Made by a program: the position numbers and the translations under genes. From positions 1 to 46,349 of the forward strand of contig JBCBAO010000001.1 in assembly GCA_038532405.1 (NCBI GenBank): a DNA stretch of 46,349 bases. The letters run 5' to 3'. The notes beneath the pieces are model-generated. The model made no database searches, was not told the DNA's origin, and saw only the letters and a list, made by a program, of their open reading frames with translations. Shown here piece by piece: positions 17,205 to 25,865 of this stretch. The stretch is from Pseudomonadota bacterium. GTDB taxonomy: Bacteria; Pseudomonadota; Alphaproteobacteria; Caulobacterales; Hyphomonadaceae. The number at the start of each line of letters is the position of its first letter. Within the stretch, counting starts at the first letter, position 1.

Positions 17205-19279
17205 TGTCTCGCAGTTTTGCCCAAGATTACGTGAGCTTCGTCCTCTTTGGGGTGATCCTGGCTATGATCCTCATCGTGGCAGTATTGGTGTCCTGGATCG
17301 CCTTGATCGGCATTCCGGCCTATGTCGGGTATCGCCTCTGGAAGGAAAATCCAAAGCGACTTGAGCGGCTCGCCCGTGAAGAAACCCAACTGCTGTTTGA
17401 TCACGCGCAGGCTGGAACTGTCCAACTCTCCGAAGAAGAGATCATGGACGGGCTAACACGGCATTGGTCGCCAGACATGCCGACCGTTCTTGGCGTGCAA
17501 CTCATGGAGATTGGCAGAGCGCTTTTTGAGGCCGAAGGGCTGGCAAAAGAGATCCCACCCCTGCCCGCGCTATGCAACACAATCGAAGGCGCGCGGTATC
17601 GCGACATGCTCGCCAAATCTGGGCAGGCCCGCACTGACAGAGTGATAGTCACGCAAGCGCTCGACATCATCAGTCAAGCTCTGGCCCCCATCGCGAACGC
17701 CGTGCCGCCGCTCGACGGCGACGTCATGGTTGAGGTCACGCAGTTCACCCAGCCGCTTGGTCGGACTGTGCAAAACATCATCGCTCCCTTCTTTGCCGAA
17801 AACGACTACCACCTCTTCAAAGAGCTTCGTCAGCGGATCGATAGCAACCTCACGGCCACCCATCGCACCAACCCGATTTTCCCAGTGGACTACAAAGGTG
17901 ATGATGTGGTCGACACCTACCTGCGCGGCACGTATCTCAAGGAGCTCTTCAAATTAAAGACCCCCTTCACCATCCCGGAAGACAGCCGGTTCGAACACAC
18001 CCATATCGTTGCTGGATCGGGCCACGGAAAAAGCCAAACTCTGCAATACTTCATCGCCAAGGATCTCGAAGGTGTCGCGCGCGGGGACCGCTCGGTTGTG
18101 GTGATCGACAGCCAGGGTGATCTGATCAACACCATTCTCAATGCCAAGGTTCTGCCGCCAGAACAGATTGTCCTGATCGACCCAGAGGATATCGGCTACC
18201 CGGTCAGCCTCAACCTATTCTCGGTCGGTCAGGATCGCTTAGAGAGTTACGACCCTTTAGAACGAGAGCGCCTCACAAATTCCATCATCGAGCTCTATGA
18301 CTTCGTCCTTGGGTCGCTGCTCTCGGCCGGAATGACAGCCAAGCAAAGCGTGGTCTTCCGGTATGTCACGCGGCTCATGTTTCATATCCCGGATGCCACC
18401 ATCCACACCCTGCGCGAATTGATGGAGCCGGGTGGCACGGCAAAATACCAAGAGCACATCGAAAAGCTCGAGGGCACACCGCGCCGCTTCTTTGAAACCG
18501 AGTTCGACAGCAAGGAGTTCACCAACACCAAAACGCAAGTGCTGCGCCGCCTCTATGGGGTCCTGGAGAACCAAACCTTCGAGCGGATGTTCTCGCACCC
18601 GGAGAGCAAGTTCGACATGTTCACGGAACTTGGTGCTGGCAAGCTCATCCTGATCAACACCGCCAAAAGCCTTCTCAAAGAACAGGGCACTGAGATCTTC
18701 GGCCGCTTCTTCATTGCTTTGATCGCACAAGCTGCTCAAGAACGGGCCACCCTGCCCGCCCGCGACCGTCTCCCTGCCATGGTATACATTGATGAAGCAC
18801 AAGACTATTTCGATCAGAACATCAGCGTGATCCTGAGCCAAGCCCGCAAATACAAAGTCGGTATGGTCATGGCCCACCAGTATCTCGGTCAGCTCACCGG
18901 AGGCCTACAAGAGGCCTTTGAGGCGAACACCTCAATCAAACTTGCCGGCGGCGTGTCTGCCCGTGATGCCCGCACGCTGTCTGGCCAGATGTCCGCGGAC
19001 CCACAGATGATCCAGCAGCAGCCTAAAGGCACCTTCGCGACTTACGTGCGTGGGTTGACGGAGCGCGCCGTGCCGCTGAGCTTTCCATTCTTCGTTTTGG
19101 AAAAGATGCCGCGCGCCACAAAAGACGAGATCGATGCCATCCGGCAACAGTGCCGTGCGGCCTATGCGGAGCCATGGTCACCAACGAGTAGCGATGAGCA
19201 ACCACCCGAGGATGAGCCGCCGGAAAACCCCGAAGAAAACGACCCAGATGATCCGCTAAAACCTTCGCCGGAGCTCTAG
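17204..19279 (+). CDS. VirD4/TraD-like coupling-protein-type ATPase with N-terminal TM segments
   Basis: 691 aa. The N-terminus is hydrophobic (FVLFGVILAMILIVAVLVSWIALIGIPAYV). Motifs are Walker A GSGHGKSQ, Walker B AMVYIDEAQD, and ARKYKVGMVMAHQYLGQ. The C-terminal tail is acidic and Pro-rich. Confidence 0.8.
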   Translation: MSRSFAQDYVSFVLFGVILAMILIVAVLVSWIALIGIPAYVGYRLWKENPKRLERLAREETQLLFDHAQAGTVQLSEEEIMDGLTRHWSPDMPTVLGVQLMEIGRALFEAEGLAKEIPPLPALCNTIEGARYRDMLAKSGQARTDRVIVTQALDIISQALAPIANAVPPLDGDVMVEVTQFTQPLGRTVQNIIAPFFAENDYHLFKELRQRIDSNLTATHRTNPIFPVDYKGDDVVDTYLRGTYLKELFKLKTPFTIPEDSRFEHTHIVAGSGHGKSQTLQYFIAKDLEGVARGDRSVVVIDSQGDLINTILNAKVLPPEQIVLIDPEDIGYPVSLNLFSVGQDRLESYDPLERERLTNSIIELYDFVLGSLLSAGMTAKQSVVFRYVTRLMFHIPDATIHTLRELMEPGGTAKYQEHIEKLEGTPRRFFETEFDSKEFTNTKTQVLRRLYGVLENQTFERMFSHPESKFDMFTELGAGKLILINTAKSLLKEQGTEIFGRFFIALIAQAAQERATLPARDRLPAMVYIDEAQDYFDQNISVILSQARKYKVGMVMAHQYLGQLTGGLQEAFEANTSIKLAGGVSARDARTLSGQMSADPQMIQQQPKGTFATYVRGLTERAVPLSFPFFVLEKMPRATKDEIDAIRQQCRAAYAEPWSPTSSDEQPPEDEPPENPEENDPDDPLKPSPEL

Positions 19280-19298
19280 CAACGCCTAGTCTGGCGCC

Positions 19299-20177
19299 AT
19301 GAAACAGCCACATACAGACAGTCTCGGTCGCGCAACGTTCCACTATATCGATCAGCGCGGAGATGTGCGCCCGACACCGCGCGCCCTTCGCTGGTTCAAA
19401 CATATCGAACGGCATGGCCCGCAATCGTCAGAGTTTCTCTATGAGCTCACACGCGATACGCATCGGTGCAAAGACACCGCCCTGCGTGACTTGCAGAAAC
19501 TGCGAGCGGGAGGTTTTCTTCAACTACCAAAACAGCAACGCGCCACCGAACGGGCCGAGTTCAATCCGTATATCTATGACCTAACTCGTCAAGCGCATGA
19601 CCACCTCAAAGGCCTTGGGTTGGCCGAAATCACGGTACGGCTGACTGGACATTGGTGGCATGCCTACACAGTGTCGGCGTTCACAGGATCGCTGGACATC
19701 GTGGCCCAAAGGAACGGGAATACATTCATTCCAGCACACGAAATCTTAGAACGCAACGGTGCAGAGCTTGCGATCCCGCTTCATGGTGGCAAAGTCATTC
19801 CGGATCAGCTTTTTGCCATTCGGTACCCAGAGGGGTTTCGCGCGTTCATGCTTGAGGTGGATCGGGGAACGGAACCGATCCAGTCAGGTGCGGCTAGGAA
19901 GAGTTTGGCCAAATCCGTTGAACAGTATTCGCAGCTTTTGAATTCGGATGCGCATCGTCGTCACTATGATCTCAGGGCAAACACGCTTATTTTATGGGTG
20001 TTCAACAATCCGGCGAGAATGGTTGAGTTTCAGAACCTGTTGCAGGCGAGGTGCCCGGCTCAGGCACCCTCGTTCTTGTGCAAAGTTGTGCCATTCCGTC
20101 TTTCTTGGGAAAATCTGCAAAGTTTGCATCAAGCTGCGTGGGTTTCTGCGAACGATGAGGCAGTGGACGGCGTTTAG
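19299..20177 (+). CDS. replication-relaxation (Replic_Relax-like) family protein, putative mobilisation protein
   Basis: 292 aa. It has a winged-helix-like N-terminus (FLYELTRDTHRCKDTALRDLQKLRAGGFL) and VIPDQLFAI...FMLEVDRGTEPI, which resembles the family motif as I remember it. It follows a coupling-protein-like gene. Confidence 0.55.
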   Translation: MKQPHTDSLGRATFHYIDQRGDVRPTPRALRWFKHIERHGPQSSEFLYELTRDTHRCKDTALRDLQKLRAGGFLQLPKQQRATERAEFNPYIYDLTRQAHDHLKGLGLAEITVRLTGHWWHAYTVSAFTGSLDIVAQRNGNTFIPAHEILERNGAELAIPLHGGKVIPDQLFAIRYPEGFRAFMLEVDRGTEPIQSGAARKSLAKSVEQYSQLLNSDAHRRHYDLRANTLILWVFNNPARMVEFQNLLQARCPAQAPSFLCKVVPFRLSWENLQSLHQAAWVSANDEAVDGV

Positions 20178-20182
20178 ATTGG

Positions 20183-21774
20183 GCCGATTCTGTTGAAGAA
20201 CTCGGGGCAAATGACGACAAGATCGTCGCTGGAGCGTCTGCGCGGGTTGCTTGCCCCGGAAGCTGATCCGGTCGACGCCCAAGTCGGCTGATTTGGCCGG
20301 TCAGATCATGCCATGGTCTCCGTTTGGACGGTCTTGGGCCTGAGCTTGGCGAGCTTTCTTAGGTTCTGTGCGATTGCTGCGAGAAGGAGCTCGTCCTTGG
20401 CTCCATTCGGTCCGCGCAGTCGCAATCTGGTCAGGTTCAGGATGCGCTTCAGATGCGCGAAGAGCATCTCGACTTTCTTCCTTTTGTCACGGCTGACTTT
20501 GTAGGCTTCCGTTTTGCGGCTGGACCGTGCGAAGTCGCGTGCGTCCTCATGCTCTTCCCGACTGATCGATCTGCAGATCGCATTTGGGCAGCACCTTTCT
20601 TTGGAGGGGCATCCCTGGCAGTCGGACTTCAGGGCGCGGTATTTACGAGTGCCGGTAATATTCTTGCCGCGATTGGGATCGGAGTAGTTTCGTCGGAACT
20701 GTTTGAGCGCGAAGCCTTCTGGGCAGATGTACTGATCGTTGGCCTCGTCATAATCAAACTCAAACCGTGTCCATGCTCCGTCCTTGCGGTTCGAGTGATC
20801 GATCACCGGAATGAAGGGGATGATCCCGCGCTTCTTGACCAGCCAACCTAGATTATCGCTGGAGCCATATGCTGTGTCAGCAGCGAGCCAATCCGGCCGG
20901 ATACCGAAGCGCTTTTCGGTGCGATCCAGCATTGTTTGAGACGCCCCCACCTCGGCCTGTCGGATTGCCCGCGTGGCCTCCACGTCCATAATCACTGAGC
21001 TTTTCGTATCGATCAGGTAATTTGTGGCATAGGCAAAGTACGGGCGGCTTTCCTCGGCTCGAGTCCACTGGGCCGCCGGATCACACTTGGCAATGAACTT
21101 GGGCTGGACAGGAGAGGCCGCGCCGAAGGCCGCATCATTCAGCGTTTCCAGATACTCTCTTGCCGCACGGTTTCCAGCTGCACGAGCGACGTCTTCATTC
21201 CATTCCTTTGCCGCTATGGAACGGGCCTTGTTGGCATCGGCTGGTATCAGGCTGGCGTCAACCGCGAAGCCCTCGCCGGATACGAGGTCTTCCTTAAGGC
21301 AGCGCTCGACAGTCGTCTCGAAGATATGGCGCAGCAAGTCGCTATCACGGAACTTGCCATGGCGGCACCTCGAGAACGATGAATGGTCCGGTACCTTGTC
21401 CTCGAGCCCAAGTCGGCAGAACCAGCGGTATGCCAAGTTGAGATGCACCTCCTGGCAGAGGCGGCGCTCAGACCGAATGCCCATCACATAACCAATCACC
21501 AGCATCCGGACGATGAGTTCGGGATCAATCGAAGGGCGACCTGTGTGGCTGTAGAACGGTTTCAGCTTCTCCCGCATGCCGCCTATGTCGAGGAAACGAT
21601 CGATCGCTCTCAGGACGTGATTGGGAGGGACATGTGCGTCCAGATCGAACTCGTAAAACAGCTGCGCCTCGACCTTTTGAATGCCCATCATCGCTCCATC
21701 CTCCCAATCTCGATAAATTGAGTGAATCAAACGACTTGCCGCACTGCAACACAGAGTTTTTCAACAGCATGGGC
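20183..21774. mobile_element. IS1182-family insertion sequence, apparently intact
   Basis: The imperfect terminal inverted repeats match at 18 of 21 positions. They are gccgattctgttgaagaactc (20183-20203) and the reverse complement of 21754-21774 (gcccatgctgttgaaaaactc). They enclose a single transposase ORF, and the length of about 1.59 kb is in the family range. Confidence 0.6.
20306..21691 (-). CDS. IS1182-family (IS5-like DDE) transposase
   Basis: MMGIQKVEAQLFYEFDLDAHVPPNHVLRAIDRFLD...GRPSIDPELIVRMLVIGYVMGIRSERRL is the typical N-terminal DUF772 region. A C-terminal DDE domain and a Cys cluster follow. I place the start at the MMG (21691) rather than the track start 21730. Confidence 0.9.
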   Translation of the reverse strand: MMGIQKVEAQLFYEFDLDAHVPPNHVLRAIDRFLDIGGMREKLKPFYSHTGRPSIDPELIVRMLVIGYVMGIRSERRLCQEVHLNLAYRWFCRLGLEDKVPDHSSFSRCRHGKFRDSDLLRHIFETTVERCLKEDLVSGEGFAVDASLIPADANKARSIAAKEWNEDVARAAGNRAAREYLETLNDAAFGAASPVQPKFIAKCDPAAQWTRAEESRPYFAYATNYLIDTKSSVIMDVEATRAIRQAEVGASQTMLDRTEKRFGIRPDWLAADTAYGSSDNLGWLVKKRGIIPFIPVIDHSNRKDGAWTRFEFDYDEANDQYICPEGFALKQFRRNYSDPNRGKNITGTRKYRALKSDCQGCPSKERCCPNAICRSISREEHEDARDFARSSRKTEAYKVSRDKRKKVEMLFAHLKRILNLTRLRLRGPNGAKDELLLAAIAQNLRKLAKLRPKTVQTETMA

Positions 21775-21980
21775 GGCAAGCCGACCTTCGCTGCGAGTGC
21801 ACTATCATGATGACCTACCTTGGAAGCGGACATCCGTGTCGAGCCCAACCAATACAAATCCAAAAAAAGCAGAATAGCTAAACTATCCGTCAAAGCGATC
21901 TATGCCTGCGTGAATACACGTTTGGATTGATTTAAGAGACTTATTCCCGCAGATTATGTCCAATTGACGAGGACAATTTT

Positions 21981-22694
21981 TTGAACACGCTTCTAGCCAA
22001 CGGGATCGATCTAGTTTTTCATGTCGCTCCTCTTCACTATCTGCCCTTCATTGCGCGATCGGGGCTTTTGAAATCTAAGGTGACTCTCAGAGATGAGGGA
22101 TTTTCTGAAAGTCATTTTCGGAGCAAGTCAAAACACTTGGATTCGCAACGCGGATTCGGAGACTACATTCACTTGTCGACAATAGGGCACCCACCCATCC
22201 TGGAGGCGAAGTTAGTCGCAGGGTTCCCTCACGTCTGTTTGTCGATCCAAGCCACAATTCTAGATGGCACAGAGTTCGACTTGTGCCGCTACAATGTCGC
22301 GATGTCACGCCAGCTTCGGCGGAACGATAAACCTGGGTTTGCAGAGGGACCTGCGAACGGGCGGTACTATGATGATCAACAGATACCGATCGCCAGAACT
22401 GAATTGGAGCAACAACAACTAATCCAGGCTCGAAATGGTGAGATGCTGGAAGTACTTGTGAAACCCCCTCTTGCACTCCCGAAGAACACACGTGTTTCAG
22501 TGTTTAGTTCAGAAGATCGCGAGAAAGCGACGTCCGTTTTGGAGCAGTTAGGGGCCGAGTGGGCTGTGTCGCTTGCCAATGCACCTGGGTACCAAGCTCG
22601 CGATCATTATTCATCTGCGTGCGACCAATTCATAGCCATGTGCCTCGACGACGATAGCTGGAAGGGCAACGGCCTCGAGTTTGATCGGATCTGA
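21981..22694 (+). CDS. DarT-like (DUF4433-like) ADP-ribosyltransferase-fold protein, putative
   Basis: 237 aa with a TTG start 7 nt after GAGGA. An H-Y-E-like pattern is spaced as in DarT: LVFHVAPLHYLPFIARSGLL, GDYIHLST, and EMLEVLVKPPLALPKNTRVSVFS (compare DarT AEFLVYKAFPW..IAVYS). This is motif-level only. A Tpt1/KptA-like assignment is the alternative. Confidence 0.45.
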   Translation: MNTLLANGIDLVFHVAPLHYLPFIARSGLLKSKVTLRDEGFSESHFRSKSKHLDSQRGFGDYIHLSTIGHPPILEAKLVAGFPHVCLSIQATILDGTEFDLCRYNVAMSRQLRRNDKPGFAEGPANGRYYDDQQIPIARTELEQQQLIQARNGEMLEVLVKPPLALPKNTRVSVFSSEDREKATSVLEQLGAEWAVSLANAPGYQARDHYSSACDQFIAMCLDDDSWKGNGLEFDRI

Positions 22695-22696
22695 CG

Positions 22697-23260
22697 ATGA
22701 TACTTCTTTTGAGCGGACCAGCTGCAACTGGAAAAACGACGATTTGCGAAAGCCTCAGAGCTAACCATGGATTTGCGGCAATTAAGTCTAGCCGTCATCT
22801 GCGTACTCTGGTGCAACCGCCCGAAAGAGAAGTAACACGAGAGATTCTACAGAAGATTGGCGACCGGTTGGACGTCGAGACGGACTTCAATTGGCTGGTC
22901 ACCGATGTAGCAGTTCCGCAGATAAACGCACAGCAGGATCAAAAATTTTGGTTTGTCGACAGCGTTAGGAAACCCGAACAGATTGACCGATTTTCAGAGG
23001 CGTTTCCGGGGAAAGTCCTACACTGCCACGTTACCGCCCCTGACTCAGTATTGAGATGCCGAATGCAGGCTAGAGACGCATCCAACGGTAGTTTTTCCTA
23101 CGAGAAAACCTACGCAGAGCATGTCGCTCACCCTAACGAAATCTCTGCCCGCGCATTGGGTGATGTCGCTACGCACGTAATTGATACCTCAAGATACGAC
23201 GCGTTTTTCGCATGCGATGCGATTATGAAAGGGTTTCACGAGTTATGTCGCGAAAAGTAA
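22697..23260 (+). CDS. P-loop nucleoside/nucleotide-kinase-like protein
   Basis: 187 aa. The ATG lies 2 nt after the upstream stop. Walker A is LLLSGPAATGKTT at the extreme N-terminus, and the small size is typical of NMP-kinase-like folds. It is paralogous to the N-terminal domain of the next gene. Confidence 0.7.
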   Translation: MILLLSGPAATGKTTICESLRANHGFAAIKSSRHLRTLVQPPEREVTREILQKIGDRLDVETDFNWLVTDVAVPQINAQQDQKFWFVDSVRKPEQIDRFSEAFPGKVLHCHVTAPDSVLRCRMQARDASNGSFSYEKTYAEHVAHPNEISARALGDVATHVIDTSRYDAFFACDAIMKGFHELCREK

Positions 23261-24963
23261 TCTTGGTTAGTGGTCGGATCTGTACTTGGAAAACGGATCT
23301 TTCTTCAAAGTTGGAACGACGGCGCGGTTTCTATCATCTTAGAACGAGCGACAAACTCAGAGAAATAGCTGCGCAGAGAGATCTTCCCCAAGATCGAAAG
23401 AGCCTACAAACACTTGGCGATATCCTGGATCGCGAAACTGACGGCGCATGGGTGTACGAGGTCGTTCGCGATGTACTAAACAACGGAGGTTCTCGTAGTC
23501 CAATTGTTGTGGATCACCTACGACATCGCGAACAAGTCGAGCACTTCAGAGCACAAAACATGCATAACGTCGTGCACGTACATCTTTATGCCGACGAAAA
23601 CTTTCTGAGCTCGGAATTTCAAAGACGTAAGGAGCTTAAGCCGGAACCCGTATCAGAGTCCTATGAAGATGCAGATCCCCTTCATGGCAATGAAGAAGAC
23701 ATAAGCTGGTTCAAAAAAGACGCAGATGTTCGCTTGAACGTCACCAATACAGACGCTGAAGATACTTTTGTCAGGGTTTGCGCCGCCCTTAGAATTAACC
23801 CAGATCAGCAAGTTAGATGTGTAGACGTCGTTGTGGGTGGGCAATTTGGCAGTGAAGGCAAGGGCAACATCGCCGCGTACTTGTCGAAAGAGTACGATGT
23901 GTTAGTTCGGGTTGGCGGGCCAAACGCAGGACATACAGTAGCGAGCCCCAGCGGCGAATTTACTTATCATCAATTGCCGTCGGGCGCGAAGGACTGCGAT
24001 GCCGAACTGTTGCTTGGACCCGGTATGACCATTGACGTCTCAAAGTTGCTCAAAGAAGTCGAGCAGGCAGGGATCGATGAAAGCCGCCTATTTATTGACC
24101 CCGATGCGATGATCATAAGTCCAGAGGACATCGAACAAGAAAATGAGCTTAGAGACAGTATTTCCTCTACTGCGAGTGGTAGCGGCGCGGCGGCGGCGCG
24201 GAGAATAATGGGGCGCGCCGGAAACACTAAGTTGGCGAAGGATATACCGGAGCTAGAGCCTTTCGTCGGTGGAAAGAAGACTTCCAGAGGGTCAACCATG
24301 CGTCGTTTGGAAGCTGCGTTCGCTTCGGGCAAATCAGTATTGTTGGAAGGGACACAGGGTAGCGGGCTTAGTCTGTATCATGGGCCGTATCCGCATGTGA
24401 CGTCGCGGGATACAAATGTTGCCGGTTGTCTAGCCGAAGCTGGTATATCGCCGGCAAGACTAAGGCGAGTTATTCTAGTTACGCGTACTACTCCAATTCG
24501 GGTTGCTAATCCGGAAAGTAGAGGGAGATCATCTGGCACATTAAAATATGAAACTACTTTCGACGCGATTGCGAAGAAAGCTGGACTAGATGCCGGGCAG
24601 GTAAAGAAAGCAGAAAAGACATCTACGACACGGAGGGACCGGCGAGTCGGCCACTTTGATTGGGAGTTGTTTCGAAAGTCATGCAAACTCAACGCGCCAA
24701 CCGACATAGCGCTCACATTTGCTGACTACATCTCCAGTGGCAACAAAGACGCACGCCGTTTCGAGCAATTAACTCGACCGACGCGGGAGTTTATTGAGGA
24801 GCTCGAGTTGGTTTCACAGGCACGCGTTACGTTGATTAATACTAGGTTCCCTAGGCCGGCAGAGCATCGAAGCGCTGATCTAAGAAGCACTATCGACCGG
24901 CGCAGCTGGCGAGGAAATCTTACTGTTGTACCAGAACTAAAACAGGGTGAACGAGACGAGTAG
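23245..24963 (+). CDS. fusion protein: kinase-like N-terminal domain (degenerate Walker A) plus divergent adenylosuccinate-synthetase (PurA/PurZ-like) domain
   Basis: The start at MSRKVILVSG gives a 16-nt overlap with the upstream gene. The C-terminal domain matches PurA motifs in order. These are GGQFGSEGKGN (GDEGKG), GGPNAGHTV (GG.NAGHT), LEGTQGSGLSLYHGPYPHVTSRDT (EGAQG..LD.DHGTYP.VTS), TSTTRRDRRVGHFD (GATTGR.RR.GW.D) and LTFADY (LTKLD). Confidence 0.8.
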   Translation: MSRKVILVSGRICTWKTDLSSKLERRRGFYHLRTSDKLREIAAQRDLPQDRKSLQTLGDILDRETDGAWVYEVVRDVLNNGGSRSPIVVDHLRHREQVEHFRAQNMHNVVHVHLYADENFLSSEFQRRKELKPEPVSESYEDADPLHGNEEDISWFKKDADVRLNVTNTDAEDTFVRVCAALRINPDQQVRCVDVVVGGQFGSEGKGNIAAYLSKEYDVLVRVGGPNAGHTVASPSGEFTYHQLPSGAKDCDAELLLGPGMTIDVSKLLKEVEQAGIDESRLFIDPDAMIISPEDIEQENELRDSISSTASGSGAAAARRIMGRAGNTKLAKDIPELEPFVGGKKTSRGSTMRRLEAAFASGKSVLLEGTQGSGLSLYHGPYPHVTSRDTNVAGCLAEAGISPARLRRVILVTRTTPIRVANPESRGRSSGTLKYETTFDAIAKKAGLDAGQVKKAEKTSTTRRDRRVGHFDWELFRKSCKLNAPTDIALTFADYISSGNKDARRFEQLTRPTREFIEELELVSQARVTLINTRFPRPAEHRSADLRSTIDRRSWRGNLTVVPELKQGERDE

Positions 24964-25385
24964 TTTTGTGACATGCAAGGTGGATTGACAGAACTTGTGC
25001 CTCTGGCTTTGACCTCCACGGCCATTGCACCTGTTGGATTCATATATGCGGTATCAGCTAAAGCGTCGTTCAGTAGGTCATTTGAGTTCAGAAAGGGCGG
25101 TCGACCCGGTGGGACCGCTCTTTCCGTTGCTGTTTGAGTGACTCTGAAAGTCATCCATCACGCATCGTCGTGCGGGGATTTAGTTTGCCGTAGGCGTTGC
25201 TGACGAACTTCCCAGTTACGCCGCTCCGCATTGATCCATGAGTCGAACCTCCACCAACGCGCTCTTTTACAGTCGTTCGAGGACTGCGCTTTGCATGCGC
25301 TTTAGTGACGAAGCGACCTTAGATGGTACTTCTTGCACATGTTCGGCTGCTCTTCTTTGCCATAGTTCTTTGTCCTTTCTATTGG

Positions 25386-25766
25386 CTACGCCGCCTGAGC
25401 TTCCGTCTCATCGATGACCCGAGCCGAGCCCGCGTTGTTGGAGACGGAAAACGCGCAATTCTTGGCGTTGTGTTTTTGGATGTAGCGCTCGCTGCGCACC
25501 ATGGTTTCGCCATTCGAAGCGACAAAGCGGGTGAAGTACTGACCATCACTCGACTTGACGATCTCCCAGCGATACCCGCTTGCTGTCTCACCCAATGTAA
25601 GATCGACAATCGGCGCGCCCAGGGCATTTGATTTCAGAGAAGAGATGTTCCCCTTCGCCGCGGCTTTCGTGGTGAAGTTCTCTGACCACACCATGATTTC
25701 GGAGTTGTAGGTGAAGCGCACACGGTACTGACCGCTTGCCGCATCAACAATCCTGAAAGCGTACAT
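25386..25766 (-). CDS. YegP-family protein (tandem DUF1508 domains)
   Basis: 126 aa in two repeats: SGQYRVRFTYNSEIMVWSENFTTKAAAKGNISSLK and DGQYFTRFVASNGETMVRSERYIQKHNAKN. Both fit the DUF1508 pattern. Confidence 0.8.
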   Translation of the reverse strand: MYAFRIVDAASGQYRVRFTYNSEIMVWSENFTTKAAAKGNISSLKSNALGAPIVDLTLGETASGYRWEIVKSSDGQYFTRFVASNGETMVRSERYIQKHNAKNCAFSVSNNAGSARVIDETEAQAA

Positions 25767-25865
25767 AGCATACTCCTTTATTGCTATAGTGACGTTGTGT
25801 TGCTAGTTAGCAATTACAGGGATATCCGATTCTTGAGCAATTGCAAGAGTGAAATGGGAGAGCAC

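Noticed and set aside
18257-18877. 206-aa minus-strand ORF
   Set aside because: It is antisense to the coupling-protein-like ATPase gene, which has clear Walker motifs, and has no independent support.
21790-21830. Short shared motif gaagcggacNtNcg, also present in the opposite orientation near 26944-26960 and loosely near 29250-29265; also gcgaccaacg at about 3338 and 26891
   Set aside because: The matches are only 10-14 nt with mismatches, and I could not extend the alignments by eye. This is insufficient to call a repeat family. A genome-wide repeat search would be needed.
24726-25154. 142-aa minus-strand ORF overlapping the 3-prime end of the PurA-like fusion gene
   Set aside because: It overlaps a strongly supported gene on the opposite strand. 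I found no motifs and no ribosome-binding site.
25235-25300. tRNA-like fragments on the minus strand (ggaggttcgactc, actgtaaaa)
   Set aside because: The T-stem and anticodon stem do not pair and no cloverleaf is possible. This is probably chance, or at most an unrecognisable relic.
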